Shown here: piece after piece, positions 1 to 8,194 of the stretch | Numbering within the stretch: position 1 is the first letter of the stretch | How the letters are laid out: each line of letters starts with the position of its first letter | From: an uncultured virus (IMG/VR IMGVR_UViG_3300025889_000079) | Taxonomy: Duplodnaviria > Heunggongvirae > Uroviricota > Caudoviricetes | Direction: 5' to 3' (one strand) | Virus record (IMG/VR): IMGVR_UViG_3300025889_000079 | DNA: 53,944 nucleotides | The notes under the pieces: generated by a model | Told to the model about the DNA's origin: nothing | What the model saw: the letters and a program-made list of their open reading frames with translations, nothing else | Databases searched by the model: none | Program-made: the position numbers and the translations under genes

Positions 1-491
1 AAGATGGTAAAGTATTAAGAAAAGCAAAAGATTTAAAAACTGCTGAAGAAAAAGATTCTTATACTCTATTACATAGATTTGTTTTTAATTTGAAAAGATT
101 AATAAACGTCATACCTGGAGGTAAATCAAAATTAGGCACATATGCGGCCGCATTAGGTTTACTTTTAAAAGAACAAAGACATTTGAACGCAATAGAGATT
201 GAAAGAGTTTTATATAAACATCTTGTAGATAATAATTTAATTGCATTTAATAGTGAGATTAAAGAGTCAGCAAAATTTAATTATTTACCTAAAGGTAGAT
301 ATACAATATTAGAAGATTTGAGAGATTTAGAAAATAATCCTAGTGCTGAAACAGGAGATATTGTAACTGTTCCAGTGGATACAAAACCTTTTGATAACTA
401 TTTTGGTGTTAATCTTTATAATGTAATGAATGAAGATACACAAAAACAAATTATAGTATCGGAAGACAATATAGAAAGAATTAGATTTTAA
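1..491 (+). CDS. Hypothetical protein of T4-like phages, 5'-truncated
   Basis: The frame of ORF 90..491 is open back to the window start (DGKVLRKAKDLKTAEEKDSYTLLHRFVFNLKRLI...), so the real start lies outside the window. Confidence 0.75.
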   Translation, partial: DGKVLRKAKDLKTAEEKDSYTLLHRFVFNLKRLINVIPGGKSKLGTYAAALGLLLKEQRHLNAIEIERVLYKHLVDNNLIAFNSEIKESAKFNYLPKGRYTILEDLRDLENNPSAETGDIVTVPVDTKPFDNYFGVNLYNVMNEDTQKQIIVSEDNIERIRF

Positions 492-1015
492 TGAAATCTT
501 TTAAAAGTTTTAGAGAAGCTTGTTGGCAAGGATATCAACAAGTAGGATTTAAAATTAAAAGTGGTAAAAGAGTTCCTAATTGTGTGCCTGAAGAAGGTAC
601 ATTAGAAGTACAAAAAGAAGAAACTCCTACAAATACTGCTGGAGGAGGACAAATTGCAGGTATAGGAGTTGGGCCTGCTGGTGAGCCTGGGGTTACTAAA
701 TCAGCTGCAGACAAATATAAGAAAAAAAATAAAGAAGATATAATAGGCAGAATGACAAAATTTTTGTCAAAAGAACAATACAATAAATTAGAAGTTGAAA
801 ATATCATAAACAAGATTAATAATAATAAAGAAGTTTATGAAAATCAAATAGAACCTATTGTGAAATTTTTAAAAAGAAAACAAGAAAAACAAACTTATAA
901 TGAAGAAATAGGTATTAAATCTTTTAGATATGTGGTAGATCAACAAATGAAAAATATTGTTTCAGAGGAATTTAGAAACGAAATAGCAAATCAACTATTA
1001 AAAAAATACCTATGA
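491..1015 (+). CDS. Putative internal head protein
   Basis: N-terminus MKSFKSFREA resembles the T4 capsid-targeting sequence; contains CWxGY...G-K-x-VPNCVP motif. Confidence 0.55.
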   Translation: MKSFKSFREACWQGYQQVGFKIKSGKRVPNCVPEEGTLEVQKEETPTNTAGGGQIAGIGVGPAGEPGVTKSAADKYKKKNKEDIIGRMTKFLSKEQYNKLEVENIINKINNNKEVYENQIEPIVKFLKRKQEKQTYNEEIGIKSFRYVVDQQMKNIVSEEFRNEIANQLLKKYL

Positions 1016-1656
1016 AAGAACAATGGACAGACAAATATAAGAGATCAATAGATTGTGATAATCCAAAAGGTTTTTCACAAAGAGCTCATTGTCAAGGTAA
1101 AAAGAAATCATTTAAAGAGTTCAAAGAAAGTATTGCCAACTATTCAATTGGTCCAATAGACATCTACAAACCAATGTCATCTATGAATACAAAAACTTTA
1201 AACAATACAGCATTAGGCCCAGGACTAGGAACATATAGTCCCGCTGATTCTATGGTAACTAAAAAAGAAAATCTTACTCCATTTAAAAAGAAAGTTATAC
1301 AGAAATTAAAACAACCAGTTTCAGATTATTTAAAAAAGAAACAAACAAACGAAGATATTACTAAAGATGATATTAAAAATTTTGTGGATAAAACAAAAAT
1401 AAAAGCAACTAGATGGTTTAAAGATGTTGTTGATAAAATAAAAAGAATTGCTACTACTTCAAAACGATATGAATATGCTGCTAAAGTATTACAAGATGTT
1501 ATTGATAGAAAAGAAATAGAAAGAGCAAGAATGGGATTACCATTAAGACACGATATAGGTTATTATGCCGCTGTTGTTGCAGATACTTTCCACGACATTG
1601 ATCCAAAAAAATTAGTTAAGATGGTGCACGAAAGTATTAATCAGAAAGGAAAATAA
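1012..1656 (+). CDS. Putative internal head protein
   Basis: WTDKYKRSIDCDNPKGFSQRAHC motif and internal KSFKEFKES; overlaps upstream stop. Confidence 0.5.
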   Translation: MKEQWTDKYKRSIDCDNPKGFSQRAHCQGKKKSFKEFKESIANYSIGPIDIYKPMSSMNTKTLNNTALGPGLGTYSPADSMVTKKENLTPFKKKVIQKLKQPVSDYLKKKQTNEDITKDDIKNFVDKTKIKATRWFKDVVDKIKRIATTSKRYEYAAKVLQDVIDRKEIERARMGLPLRHDIGYYAAVVADTFHDIDPKKLVKMVHESINQKGK

Positions 1657-2244
1657 ATGGAATATTTAAAAATTATATTAGATTTAGCGTTGCAATTTTG
1701 GATGTTTACACTTGTTGCAATTTTAATTTTATTAGGATATGTTTATGACAAATTTTATACAAGAACTGTACTTACAGGATTTTCTTGTGAAAAAATGCCT
1801 GTAATGAAACCTTTAAGAATACCGACAAAAGGTACAAGTTTTTTTTATGCTATATGGTTATGGATTATGACAGTACGAAATTGGGAAATAGAAGAAGATT
1901 TCCATTACAAATTATACGGCCAAGATATGGTCATACCTAAAGGATTTCAATTTGACGGTGCAAGTGTACCTAAATTTTTAGGTGCGTGGTTATCACCAGT
2001 CGGTGTATTATTACTAGGTGGTTTAGTACACGATTATGGTTATAAGTATGCAACGTTATTAAAGAAAGACGGAACTACCATAGGTCCTAAAACACAACAA
2101 TGGATGGACAAGACATTCCGTGATATAAATATTGATGTGAATGGATTTAAGTGGTTAAATTATCTTGCTTGGTATGCTTTAAGAGCAGGTGGTTTTGTTG
2201 CTTGGAATGGTCACAGAAAAAGAAATGCAAAAATTGGAGAATAA
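1657..2244 (+). CDS. DUF1353-family protein with N-terminal TM helix
   Basis: IPKGFQFDGASVP ... VHDYGY motif; SD AAGGA. Confidence 0.75.
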   Translation: MEYLKIILDLALQFWMFTLVAILILLGYVYDKFYTRTVLTGFSCEKMPVMKPLRIPTKGTSFFYAIWLWIMTVRNWEIEEDFHYKLYGQDMVIPKGFQFDGASVPKFLGAWLSPVGVLLLGGLVHDYGYKYATLLKKDGTTIGPKTQQWMDKTFRDINIDVNGFKWLNYLAWYALRAGGFVAWNGHRKRNAKIGE

Positions 2245-2247
2245 AAT

Positions 2248-2349
2248 ATGTTTACAATTGGTTTAATTATTGGTTTTGTTGCAGGTTGGTTTGTCAATGA
2301 TAAATTTGACCTAATCGTAGATAAGATCAAATCATTTAGAAATAAGTAG
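2248..2349 (+). CDS. Small membrane peptide, 33 aa (not in ORF track)
   Basis: MFTIGLIIGFVAGWFVNDKFDLIVDKIKSFRNK; SD GGAG at 2236-2239; fills the gap. Confidence 0.6.
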   Translation: MFTIGLIIGFVAGWFVNDKFDLIVDKIKSFRNK

Positions 2350-2355
2350 TTTATT

Positions 2356-2826
2356 ATGTTTGGCGGAATTAAATTATTTTTTATAGGGATAGTTGTAACT
2401 GCTTTATTAGGGGCAGGTGCTTATGTTTTAAAATTGAGAAGTGATAATGCTATATTACAAGCAAATCAAATCAAATTAGAAGAAGCAGTATCTTCGCAAA
2501 AAGCTCTCATAGAAAATCAAAAGAAAGACTTTAATGAAATATTAGAGGCTAATAAAAAGATTAATCAATTAGTAACTAATCTCAAAAAAGACTTAGATGA
2601 ATTAGATAAACGTTTCAATAAGAACGATAGAGATATCGGTAAGTTGGCAAAAGAAAAACCAGCAGTAGTTGAACGTGTAATTAACAAAGGTAGTGATAAT
2701 GCGGCTAGATGTTTAGAACTAGCAAGTGGCGCTGCTTTAACAAAAGAAGAATTAAATGCTACAAAGAAATCTGAAATCAATCCAGAATGTCCTAGTTTGG
2801 CTAATCCTAACTATCGCCCTTACTAG
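2356..2826 (+). CDS. Putative inner-membrane spanin (Rz-like)
   Basis: N-terminal TM, long coiled coil, C-terminal cysteines; overlaps a lipoprotein gene. Confidence 0.65.
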   Translation: MFGGIKLFFIGIVVTALLGAGAYVLKLRSDNAILQANQIKLEEAVSSQKALIENQKKDFNEILEANKKINQLVTNLKKDLDELDKRFNKNDRDIGKLAKEKPAVVERVINKGSDNAARCLELASGAALTKEELNATKKSEINPECPSLANPNYRPY

Positions 2827-3136
2827 CTGTTCTAGTGTAAAAGAATTAAGTATCTTTAAACAAGAGGTTCCAAGACAACCTTTAAATTTAGAGAAACCTA
2901 CTCCTTTACAATTAGAAAAGATACGATGGATTATTATTACATCTGAAAATGCCGATCAAGTATTTGCTAAGATGGAAGAACAAGGTATAGATCCTGTACT
3001 ATTTGGACTAACAGATAAAGATTATCAATTAATAGCAAAGAACTTTGCTCACATAAGAAATCAGTTAAAGATAACGAATGATTTGCTAGACAAGTATAAA
3101 GAATATTACGAACCTAAAAAAGAAGAAAAGAAATAA
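2756..3136 (+). CDS. Putative outer-membrane spanin lipoprotein (Rz1-like)
   Basis: Signal peptide with lipobox LTSC, Pro-rich linker; overlaps the 3' end of the i-spanin candidate. Confidence 0.65.
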   Translation: MLQRNLKSIQNVLVWLILTIALTSCSSVKELSIFKQEVPRQPLNLEKPTPLQLEKIRWIIITSENADQVFAKMEEQGIDPVLFGLTDKDYQLIAKNFAHIRNQLKITNDLLDKYKEYYEPKKEEKK

Positions 3137-3411
3137 TGTTTTTTGATATATTAGTTAAGTTTGGATTACCTGTAGCAGCTGCTACAACAATGGGTGTATT
3201 CATCTATATTATTTTAAAATACATCTTAGGTGGTGTTGTAGGTTCAGTTAAAAGTTTACACGGTATTATTATGGGTTTAGAAAATAGAATTGAAACTATG
3301 AATAATGATATGATACACTTAGATACTTTAATTTCACACGCATTACATTTGAAACCAGATTTAGATAGAATTTCCAGAGCAGATGGAAAGAATGACGCAA
3401 GGAAAGATTAA
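3136..3411 (+). CDS. Small TM + coiled-coil protein (paralogue 1)
   Basis: FDILVKFGLP...FIYII...MNND; similar to the next ORF. Confidence 0.7.
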   Translation: MFFDILVKFGLPVAAATTMGVFIYIILKYILGGVVGSVKSLHGIIMGLENRIETMNNDMIHLDTLISHALHLKPDLDRISRADGKNDARKD

Positions 3412-3662
3412 TGAACGTATTAGATATTTTAAATCAATACGGTTTCGCAACCTTAGCAGCAATTGCTATGGGTTGGTTCATTTATTTTATCTATACATAC
3501 ATCACACAAGAAGTTACTAGCAAACTAAAAGAAGCGTCCACAGCATTAGTATCACTTATAGACAAGATAAGACGTTTAGACAACGATTTAATTCGTTTAA
3601 AGTCTAAATTAAATACTATATTGACTATAAGAGAACAAGAAAAGAATAGAGATAAAGACTAA
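3411..3662 (+). CDS. Small TM + coiled-coil protein (paralogue 2)
   Basis: LDILNQYGFA...FIYFIY...LDND; TAATG coupling. Confidence 0.7.
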   Translation: MNVLDILNQYGFATLAAIAMGWFIYFIYTYITQEVTSKLKEASTALVSLIDKIRRLDNDLIRLKSKLNTILTIREQEKNRDKD

Positions 3663-3666
3663 CAAA

Positions 3667-3674
3667 CATAAATA
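3667..3674 (+). promoter_or_regulatory. T4-type late promoter variant CATAAATA before csgF
   Basis: One mismatch to TATAAATA, 5 nt before the ATG. Confidence 0.5.
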
Positions 3675-3679
3675 ATAGT

Positions 3680-4138
3680 ATGAAAACACTAATCAAATTA
3701 AGTGTTTTCTTTGGACTTATACTATTTTCCACATCATTACAATCAAGTGAACTGACACAGGAGTTTAAGAACCCTTCCTTTAGTGGTAATGGGTACTCAA
3801 ACCACGTGTTGTCAATACAGCAACTTGAACACCAGAGAAAGCAAAAGATAAAAGAGGACGCAGAAGCGAAGGCTCGTCAAGCAGAACGAGATGAAGAAAA
3901 CAAAACTATTAATAGATTCATCGCTAACGTAGAGAGTAGAATTTACGCTAACTTATCAAAGCAGTTAGTTGACAATATGTTTGGTGATACTGGACAAACA
4001 TCTGGTACTGCTACGATTGAAGGTGCTACTATTGTATGGAATAAAGATGTTGATTTAGGAACTATTGCGATTACAATAACAGCCGAAGATGGAAGTATAA
4101 CAACTTTAACAGTACCAATAGGAGATTTTGGTTTCTAA
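3680..4138 (+). CDS. csgF: Curli assembly component CsgF
   Basis: Signal peptide then SELTQEFKNPSFSGNG (CsgF N-terminal NPxFxG motif); adjacent to csgG. Confidence 0.85.
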   Translation: MKTLIKLSVFFGLILFSTSLQSSELTQEFKNPSFSGNGYSNHVLSIQQLEHQRKQKIKEDAEAKARQAERDEENKTINRFIANVESRIYANLSKQLVDNMFGDTGQTSGTATIEGATIVWNKDVDLGTIAITITAEDGSITTLTVPIGDFGF

Positions 4139-4938
4139 TGTTAAAATTTTTAGTGGTGGCGTTAATAGCTGTTTTTTTAAACAGTTGTGCTACTGTACCA
4201 GACATACAAGACCCTAAACTATCTATCTCTCCTTTACAACAAAAGTTTAAAGAGATGAAACCTTTAGATGGTCCTAAAATAACGATTGCTGTCTATTCAT
4301 TTTCTGATAAGACAGGTCAAAGAAAACCAAGTGAAAAATTTTCTCAATTAAGTTCGGCAGTTACACAAGGTGCTGAAGTATGGGTGATACAGGCATTAAA
4401 AGAAGTAGGACAAGGTAGTTGGTTTAAAGTAGTAGAACGTATAGGTTTAGACAATCTTATTAAAGAAAGACAACTAATAAGAAGTACCAGAGATCAATAC
4501 GAAGGTGAAAAAGAAAAGAAATTAAAACCTTTATTATTTGCTGGACTAATAGTTGAGGGTGCTGTTGTAGGTTATGACTCAAACATTATGACAGGAGGTG
4601 CTGGTGCTAGATATTTGGGTATAGGATTACAAACTCAATATAGAGTAGATAATGTAACGGTTTCAATGCGAGTAATAAGTGTATCCACAGGTGAAGTTTT
4701 ATTATCTGTGGCAGTAGAAAAACAAATTTTATCAGTTGCTCAAGGCGGTACTGTGTTTAAGTTTTTAGATATGGGTACAAAAGCAGTAGAGATTGAATCG
4801 GGAACGACTGTAAATGAACCTGTTAATTATGCTGTAAGAGCAGCTATAGAACAGGCAGTAGTAGAAGTTATATTAAAAGGGGAAAAACAAACCCTATGGA
4901 AGTTTAAACAAGAAGGAGAAAAAGTAAATGTTAAATAA
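4138..4938 (+). CDS. csgG: Curli secretion channel lipoprotein CsgG
   Basis: Lipobox LNSC; AVYSFSDKTGQRKP, SSAVTQGA, WFKVVERIGLDNLIKERQLIR, GGAGARYLGIG motifs. Confidence 0.93.
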   Translation: MLKFLVVALIAVFLNSCATVPDIQDPKLSISPLQQKFKEMKPLDGPKITIAVYSFSDKTGQRKPSEKFSQLSSAVTQGAEVWVIQALKEVGQGSWFKVVERIGLDNLIKERQLIRSTRDQYEGEKEKKLKPLLFAGLIVEGAVVGYDSNIMTGGAGARYLGIGLQTQYRVDNVTVSMRVISVSTGEVLLSVAVEKQILSVAQGGTVFKFLDMGTKAVEIESGTTVNEPVNYAVRAAIEQAVVEVILKGEKQTLWKFKQEGEKVNVK

Positions 4939-5641
4939 ACTCTTAATTACATTATTGGCGAGTTTATTATGTTTTAACGTTTATGCTAATGACATCTATA
5001 TCGATCAGGTTGGTGATAGTTTAGATTTGGACATCACACAAGATGGACAAAACAACAAAATTGGTACATCACTAGCGGACGCAGATTTTGATGGAGATAA
5101 TATGACGTTTAATATTACTCAAAGAGGTAATACAAACGAAATCACAGCAACAATACAAGGTAACACTTATACTGGTACTTGGGTATTTACAGGTAATACA
5201 AACACAGTTGACTTACTTTGTGATAGCTCAGGTAACGGTAATTGTGAAACTGTAACTTTAAATATCACAAACACAGGTGATAGTAACGCTTACACAATTA
5301 ATATTGGTGAAACAGCAGACGCAGAAAATGCTACAATTGCTTTCACAGTAACAGGTGATAATAACATTATTAATACAGATGTAAATGGTACAAATTCAGA
5401 TATTACTGTGGTGATGAATAACTCCGCTTCATTAGCAACATCAAGTGCTAATGCTGATGAGGGTAATCAACTAGACTTAACTCAAACTGGAAACGGTGAT
5501 AGTGCTGGTCATAGTATTACTTTAAACATCACAGGCGGTGGTAGTACATACACAGTAACACAATCTGGTATCTATGATAATAAAGTAAATGCTACGTTTA
5601 GTGGCGATAGTCAAAGTGTGAATATTACACAAAGTGATTAA
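4928..5641 (+). CDS. Secreted curlin-like repeat protein (CsgA/CsgB-like)
   Basis: Signal peptide; repeated I-x-Q-x-G-x-x-N beta-solenoid units; N/T/G/Q/D rich. Confidence 0.7.
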   Translation: MLNKLLITLLASLLCFNVYANDIYIDQVGDSLDLDITQDGQNNKIGTSLADADFDGDNMTFNITQRGNTNEITATIQGNTYTGTWVFTGNTNTVDLLCDSSGNGNCETVTLNITNTGDSNAYTINIGETADAENATIAFTVTGDNNIINTDVNGTNSDITVVMNNSASLATSSANADEGNQLDLTQTGNGDSAGHSITLNITGGGSTYTVTQSGIYDNKVNATFSGDSQSVNITQSD

Positions 5642-6735
5642 TGAAATATTTTTTTATATTATTGTTTTTGATTTGTTCAGTTGCTGAAGCTAACATTGGT
5701 AAAGTAAGTGAACATAAAGGTACAGGCCTTATCAAAAGAACAACTGGCGATAAGGTCGAAACCAATTTAGAAACAAATGTGTTTTCAATGGACGAAGTTT
5801 CTACTGGACAAGGTAGAACAGGTATTACGTTTGTTGATAATACTAAAGTTGAATTGACTGAACACTCAAAATTAGTTATTGATGAATTTGTTTATGACCC
5901 TAAAACAAACACAGGTGCTTTAAGTTTAAAAGCAAGTTTAGGAAGTGTACGTTATGCGAGTGGTCAGATAGCAAAGAATAGTAAGCAGAATGTAAAAATA
6001 TCTACACCCACTGCTACGATTGCTGTTAGAGGAACAGACTTTGCTATGGTAGTAGATGAATTGGGTGGTTCTACTATTATTTTATTACCAAGTTGCGATA
6101 CAAAAGGTTTTTGTTATGTAGGACAAATAGAAGTTATTTCGGATGCTGGTAAAGTTATAATGGATCAAGCGTTTCAGGCAACAAGAGTTGAAACACCTGA
6201 AAGTAAACCATTCAAACCTATTAGTTTAGATATTAATGAGAATATGATTTCAAATCTTCTTATTTTATCTCCACCTAAAGAATTGAATAACGTTGAGTCA
6301 AAAGAAGAACGAAAAGCAGTTGCTAATGTTTTAGATATTGACTTTTTACAAATTGATATTTTAAATGAAGATTTATTAGCAGTTAAAGATGATGAAAACT
6401 TTGAAGAATTAGATGTTGATTATTTGGCACAAGATTTTTTAGCTGATGTATTAGACGCAATTAATAAAGTGTTGGCAGAAAGTTTTTTAAGTCAATTAAA
6501 TGATGTATTTGTTAAGAAAGCACAAAAGACTGGACAAGATACAACAACAGGTATTATTATAATTGACCAAGGTACCTTTTGGGAGTTTAGACGAGAAGAT
6601 ACAAACAACTATGTTAGATTGAGATTAAGTAAATCAAGTGAGTACATTATTAATTTAACTCAAGGCGACTTTGTAACAAGAGATTACATTTTAGGAGATG
6701 GTGGTGTTAATAATATAGACATCTATCAAAAATAA
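5641..6735 (+). CDS. FecR-domain periplasmic protein
   Basis: Signal peptide; D-x-V-x-TG, ITFVDNTKVEL, ISTPTATIAVRGTDF motifs of FecR domains. Confidence 0.85.
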   Translation: MKYFFILLFLICSVAEANIGKVSEHKGTGLIKRTTGDKVETNLETNVFSMDEVSTGQGRTGITFVDNTKVELTEHSKLVIDEFVYDPKTNTGALSLKASLGSVRYASGQIAKNSKQNVKISTPTATIAVRGTDFAMVVDELGGSTIILLPSCDTKGFCYVGQIEVISDAGKVIMDQAFQATRVETPESKPFKPISLDINENMISNLLILSPPKELNNVESKEERKAVANVLDIDFLQIDILNEDLLAVKDDENFEELDVDYLAQDFLADVLDAINKVLAESFLSQLNDVFVKKAQKTGQDTTTGIIIIDQGTFWEFRREDTNNYVRLRLSKSSEYIINLTQGDFVTRDYILGDGGVNNIDIYQK

Positions 6736-6736
6736 T

Positions 6737-8194
6737 ATGTTTGGAAGAATTTTAACAAAGATAGTTATATTTACTTTTTGTTGGCTTGTTTTATGGTCAA
6801 TATTTTCAAAAGTAAGAGCAGATTCAGTTCTAATATTACACGCCAGTTATGGTAATACTGAAACTAATATAGGCTCAAGGCTATTAGCAGAAGGTCATTC
6901 AGTAACTTATTCCACAGGTGGTGTGCCTTCTAGTGTAAGTAGTTATCAACAAATATTTGATTTAAGATACAACAACGCATACTCAGCTTCAGAAATAACC
7001 GTATTGAACAACTTTGTAAAGAATGGTGGCTTTCTGATGATGAACGGTGAGAACTCTGGCTTTGCCACTAGAAACAATTCTATTGCTTCTGTTATTTCTA
7101 CTTTAGGTGGAGGCACTTTAACTTTTGGAAGTGGTAATAACTCTTATACAGTAATTAATTCTAAATTCACAAATGATACAGGTACAATTACAGGTGCGGC
7201 TGGTAGTAGTTTAATCAACTCAAAAGGTCAATATGTTTTCAAAGATACATCAGGTAATATAGGTGGTATGATATGGCAAGCAGCAGATTTAGGTTCAGGC
7301 TATTCAGGTGCTGTGTTTGTTACAGCAGATATTAATATGTGGGATTCTACTTATGGTTCTACATTATTAAAAGTAAATATATTAGATGATATTATAGATA
7401 TGGAAACAGCAGGCACTTTATATGGTTCTGTTACACCTCAATACTCATCAGCACCCACAAATGAACAATTACAATTTAGAACAGATATGAGAAATATTAA
7501 TCCAAGTGGTAATTCAATTTATATTGATAGTATTGGCGATCATACTACGGTAACTATAAATCAATATGGTAATGGAAACTTAATAGCAGGAACATCTACA
7601 ACAAGTACCACTAATTCAGACGCAACAATAACAGGAGATTATAATACCGTAAACATTCAACAAGGATATAATGGTAATAATAATAGTGGTGATAATGTTT
7701 TATTATTTGATATTACAGGCAATCATAATAATTTAACAGTTGAACAAGGAAATAATATTTTAGATACAGGCGGACATAGAGCAGAAACAACAATCAATGG
7801 TAACTATAACGATTTGAATTTATATCAATATAATACAGGTTATGGTTCAGGACAAACAGCACAGATTGGTATAACAGGTAATGATAATTCAATTATATCT
7901 TATCAAAGAGATACAGATAAAATGTTGTTTGTAAATATCACAGGTTCAAATAGTACCGTAACTACAAATCAAAAAGATAGTGGTAATCATTTTTTAGATA
8001 TTACTTTAGGTAGTAATCAAACAGTAACAACAACACAAGAAGGTAGTGGTTCACACGCAGCTACTATTGATATGGGCGGTTATTCTGCTGGTTTATCTTT
8101 AAGTCAAAGTGGTTCAACCAGTCAAACTTATTCATTAAATCAAACGTGTATTAATCCAGCAGGTTGTGGAACAACAACGGTAAATCAACAATGA
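6737..8194 (+). CDS. Secreted two-domain protein: globular alpha/beta domain + C-terminal curlin-like repeats
   Basis: Signal peptide; LNNFVKNGGFLMMNGE; C-terminal Q-x-G-x-x-N/H repeats ending CINPAGC. Confidence 0.7.
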   Translation: MFGRILTKIVIFTFCWLVLWSIFSKVRADSVLILHASYGNTETNIGSRLLAEGHSVTYSTGGVPSSVSSYQQIFDLRYNNAYSASEITVLNNFVKNGGFLMMNGENSGFATRNNSIASVISTLGGGTLTFGSGNNSYTVINSKFTNDTGTITGAAGSSLINSKGQYVFKDTSGNIGGMIWQAADLGSGYSGAVFVTADINMWDSTYGSTLLKVNILDDIIDMETAGTLYGSVTPQYSSAPTNEQLQFRTDMRNINPSGNSIYIDSIGDHTTVTINQYGNGNLIAGTSTTSTTNSDATITGDYNTVNIQQGYNGNNNSGDNVLLFDITGNHNNLTVEQGNNILDTGGHRAETTINGNYNDLNLYQYNTGYGSGQTAQIGITGNDNSIISYQRDTDKMLFVNITGSNSTVTTNQKDSGNHFLDITLGSNQTVTTTQEGSGSHAATIDMGGYSAGLSLSQSGSTSQTYSLNQTCINPAGCGTTTVNQQ

